A stretch of 64,000 nt of DNA from Candidatus Eiseniibacteriota bacterium (GTDB lineage Bacteria > Eisenbacteria > RBG-16-71-46 > JABDJR01). The stretch spans positions 864,001-928,000 of the forward strand of contig CAWANH010000028.1 in the NCBI GenBank assembly GCA_963783375.1, in the 5' to 3' direction. Shown piece after piece: positions 61,685 to 64,000 of this stretch; the stretch's first letter is position 1; each line of letters begins with the position of its first letter. The notes under the pieces are model-generated. The model was not told the DNA's origin. It made no database searches and saw only the letters and a list, made by a program, of their open reading frames with translations. The translations under genes and the position numbers were made by a program.

Positions 61685-62560
61685 ATGAAGATCCGCACCC
61701 TGCGCTACCTGGTGAACGAAGGCGGCCGCGGCCTGGGCCGCCACCGCGGCCTCACCATGACCGCGATCCTCACCATGACCGCCAGTCTCCTGGTGCTGGG
61801 GGTGTTCCTGGTCACCACCTACAACGTCCGCCGGGTCCTGACCGGGCTCGAGGACCGGAAGGAGGTGGTGGTGTACCTGAAGGACGGCCTCACCGACCGG
61901 GACCGGGACATGGTGAAGGAACGCCTCGAGATGCACCCCGCGGTGGCCGGCGCCCGCTTCGTCTCCAAGGAAGAGGCCTGGGACGCGTTCTCGAAGGACA
62001 TGCAGGTGGACGGGCTCCTGGAGACGGTGGGCGGAAACCCGCTCCCCGACAGCTACCACCTGATCCTCGCCCCCGACCGTCGCGACGCCGCCACCCTCGC
62101 CGGGCTGGCGTCGGAGGTCGGGAACTGGGACGAGGTGGACGAGGTCCTGACCGGCGGCGAATGGGTGGGCCGCATGGACCGGTTCGCCCACTCGGTGCTG
62201 CTCTTCACCCTGGCCATCGGGATCGCGGTGGCGCTTTCCATCGTGGTGATCGTGGCCAGCACGGTGCGGCTCACCGTGGTGGCCCGCCAGGACCTGATCC
62301 ACATCATGAAGGCGGTGGGGGCCAGCGAGAGCTTCATCCGCCTCCCGTTCCTGAGCGAGGGCGTGCTCCAGGCGGTGATCGCCGGGGCCCTGGCCCTGGG
62401 CTCCCTCTACGGCGCCACCCTGCTGGTCGCCCACCGGTTCACCGGGCTCGAGTTCTTCTCCCCGGCCTGGTGCCTGGGCTTCGTGGGGCTGGCGCTCGGT
62501 CTGGGTCTCCTGGGGAGCGCGCTCTCCGTCCGACACGTGCTCCGGCAGGCGGGGCTCTGA
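61685..62560 (+). CDS. ftsX: Cell division permease FtsX
   Basis: TM1, periplasmic 'VSKEEAW..F', 'NPLP', 'I.IMK.VGA...FIR.PFL.EG'. Confidence 0.92.
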   Translation: MKIRTLRYLVNEGGRGLGRHRGLTMTAILTMTASLLVLGVFLVTTYNVRRVLTGLEDRKEVVVYLKDGLTDRDRDMVKERLEMHPAVAGARFVSKEEAWDAFSKDMQVDGLLETVGGNPLPDSYHLILAPDRRDAATLAGLASEVGNWDEVDEVLTGGEWVGRMDRFAHSVLLFTLAIGIAVALSIVVIVASTVRLTVVARQDLIHIMKAVGASESFIRLPFLSEGVLQAVIAGALALGSLYGATLLVAHRFTGLEFFSPAWCLGFVGLALGLGLLGSALSVRHVLRQAGL

Positions 62561-63789
62561 TGATCCGGGCCAGGGTGCGCGCCTCGCGGTTCCTGGTCTG
62601 GGGGGGCTTGGCCGCGGCGGTTTGTTGGACCGCGGCGGGACCGGCGCCGAGGCCTCGAACCGCCTTCGCCCAGAGCCAGTACGACGACGCCATCGGCGAT
62701 CACCAGAAGCAGCTCGAGGAGTTGAAGCGCCAGGCCGCCGAGAAGCGGCAGAAAGCCCGCGAGTTCGCCAAGCAGGAGCGGGGGGTCCTGGCCCGGCTCA
62801 ACAGGGCCGAAGAGGCCATCGCCGCCACCCGGAACTACCTGGACCGGCTCGGGGACCGGCAGGTCGATCTGGAGAGCCAGATCCGGCGGAACGAAACCGA
62901 TCTGAACCACGCCGAGACCGTTCTCGCCGGGCGGAAGCAGGACCTTGGCCGGCGGCTCCGCTACTCCTACATGTACGGGAAGGCGCGGGCGCTGGAGGTG
63001 GTCTTTTCGGCCGATACCTTCGCCGACCTCCTCCAGCGGGGGGCGTTCCTGAATCGCGTGCTCCAGGAGGATCAGCGGCTCATCACCGAGGTGGAGGAGC
63101 GCGAGGCCGAGGTACAGGACAAGCTCGACCGGCTTCACCGGAAACAAGACGAGCTGGCCCATCTGAAGTCCGAGAAGGAAGACCAGCGCCGCCAGTACGA
63201 AGCCCTGAAGGCCCAGCGCGGCCACGATCTGGCCACGGTGCGGAACCATAAGACGGAGAACGAGGCGGCGGCGCGGGAGCTGGAGGCGGCGGCGACCCGG
63301 ATGCAGAAGGTCCTGGCCGAGCTGGAGCGCAAGCGCCGCGCCGCCATGACCCGCCACAGCCCGGTCCTGGCCGAGCTGGACCGGAACGATTTCGGGAAGA
63401 ACCGCGGGCGGCTTCCCTGGCCGGTCCAAGGCGAGATCATCGACGCCTTCGGCCGGCACGAGCATCCCAAGTACCACACCATCATCCTGAACAACGGCGT
63501 GGACATCGCCGCCGACATCGGAACCCCGGTGATCTCGGTGGGGGACGGGGTGGTGGACCTGGTGCAGTGGCTTCCCGGTTACGGACAGACGGTGATCGTG
63601 AACCACGGCCGCGGGTTCTACACGGTCTACGCTCACCTCTCCGCGGTGTCGGTGGCCCAGGGCGCGAGGGTGGCCCCCGGTCAGACTCTCGGCGCGGTGG
63701 GGGACACCGGAAGCCTCAAGGGGGCCTGCCTCCACTTCGAGGTGCGAAACGGCGGCTCCGCCGAGAACCCCACCGGCTGGCTCAGATAG
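62560..63789 (+). CDS. envC: Murein hydrolase activator EnvC (coiled coil + M23)
   Basis: Signal peptide, long coiled coil, 'GRLPWPV.G.I...FG', 'NGVDI', 'GYG..VI..H', 'LHFEVR'. Confidence 0.88.
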   Translation: MIRARVRASRFLVWGGLAAAVCWTAAGPAPRPRTAFAQSQYDDAIGDHQKQLEELKRQAAEKRQKAREFAKQERGVLARLNRAEEAIAATRNYLDRLGDRQVDLESQIRRNETDLNHAETVLAGRKQDLGRRLRYSYMYGKARALEVVFSADTFADLLQRGAFLNRVLQEDQRLITEVEEREAEVQDKLDRLHRKQDELAHLKSEKEDQRRQYEALKAQRGHDLATVRNHKTENEAAARELEAAATRMQKVLAELERKRRAAMTRHSPVLAELDRNDFGKNRGRLPWPVQGEIIDAFGRHEHPKYHTIILNNGVDIAADIGTPVISVGDGVVDLVQWLPGYGQTVIVNHGRGFYTVYAHLSAVSVAQGARVAPGQTLGAVGDTGSLKGACLHFEVRNGGSAENPTGWLR

Positions 63790-63916
63790 CCCTCCTCACG
63801 CCGGAAATCCGCCCGCCGGACGATCCCCCCGTTTACGGTAGAATCATGATCCGCCGAAGGGGGGAACCGCGGGGCCCGGGATAACCGGGCGGCCCGCCGA
63901 CGGGGAGGAGAGGACG

Positions 63917-64000
63917 ATGGGGAGCCTGCGAGCGCGAATCACCGGCACCGGATCCTACGTGCCTCCGCGCGTCGTCACCAACCAGGAGCTGACCCGGCTC
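63917..64000 (+). CDS. fabH: 3-oxoacyl-ACP synthase III, 3'-truncated by window edge
   Basis: GGAGAGG RBS; 'MGSLRARITGTGSYVPPRVVTNQEL'. Confidence 0.8.
   Translation, partial: MGSLRARITGTGSYVPPRVVTNQELTRL

Overview
64 kb of a very GC-rich bacterial chromosome, probably a long-read assembly or MAG. Many scattered single-base frameshifts and a ~1 kb almost T-free block at ~9.5-10.6 kb look like sequencing or assembly error. A C-terminal 'TWGRIKALY' motif hints at a Ca. Eisenbacteria/Krumholzibacteria/Latescibacteria-type host (inference). Housekeeping content includes mfd-surA-S4, ftsE-ftsX-envC, the start of fabH, an aspA-like gene, ppk2/pap, pepF, rmuC and a MoxR-DUF58-BatA cluster. Accessory content includes an aerobic benzoyl-CoA (box) cluster boxR/boxC/boxB with BzdR-type TGCA-N6-TGCA operators but no adjacent boxA, a cytochrome-c-fused cytochrome bd-like pair, and nuclease/defence candidates (NERD-helicase, SRA-like-HNH, large HNH, NYN). 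The most striking item is a five-gene module at 22.4-27.6 kb. It holds an ECF sigma factor, an anti-sigma-like membrane protein ending in a CBM48/AMPK-beta glycogen-binding domain, a predicted outer-membrane beta-barrel ending in the same domain, an exported helical protein and a divergent DUF4382-like lipoprotein. Three copies of an ECF-type promoter, TGTAAC-N16-CGTC, sit upstream of its three transcription units, suggesting a self-contained trans-envelope signalling system. No rRNA, tRNA, CRISPR array or transposase was recognised.
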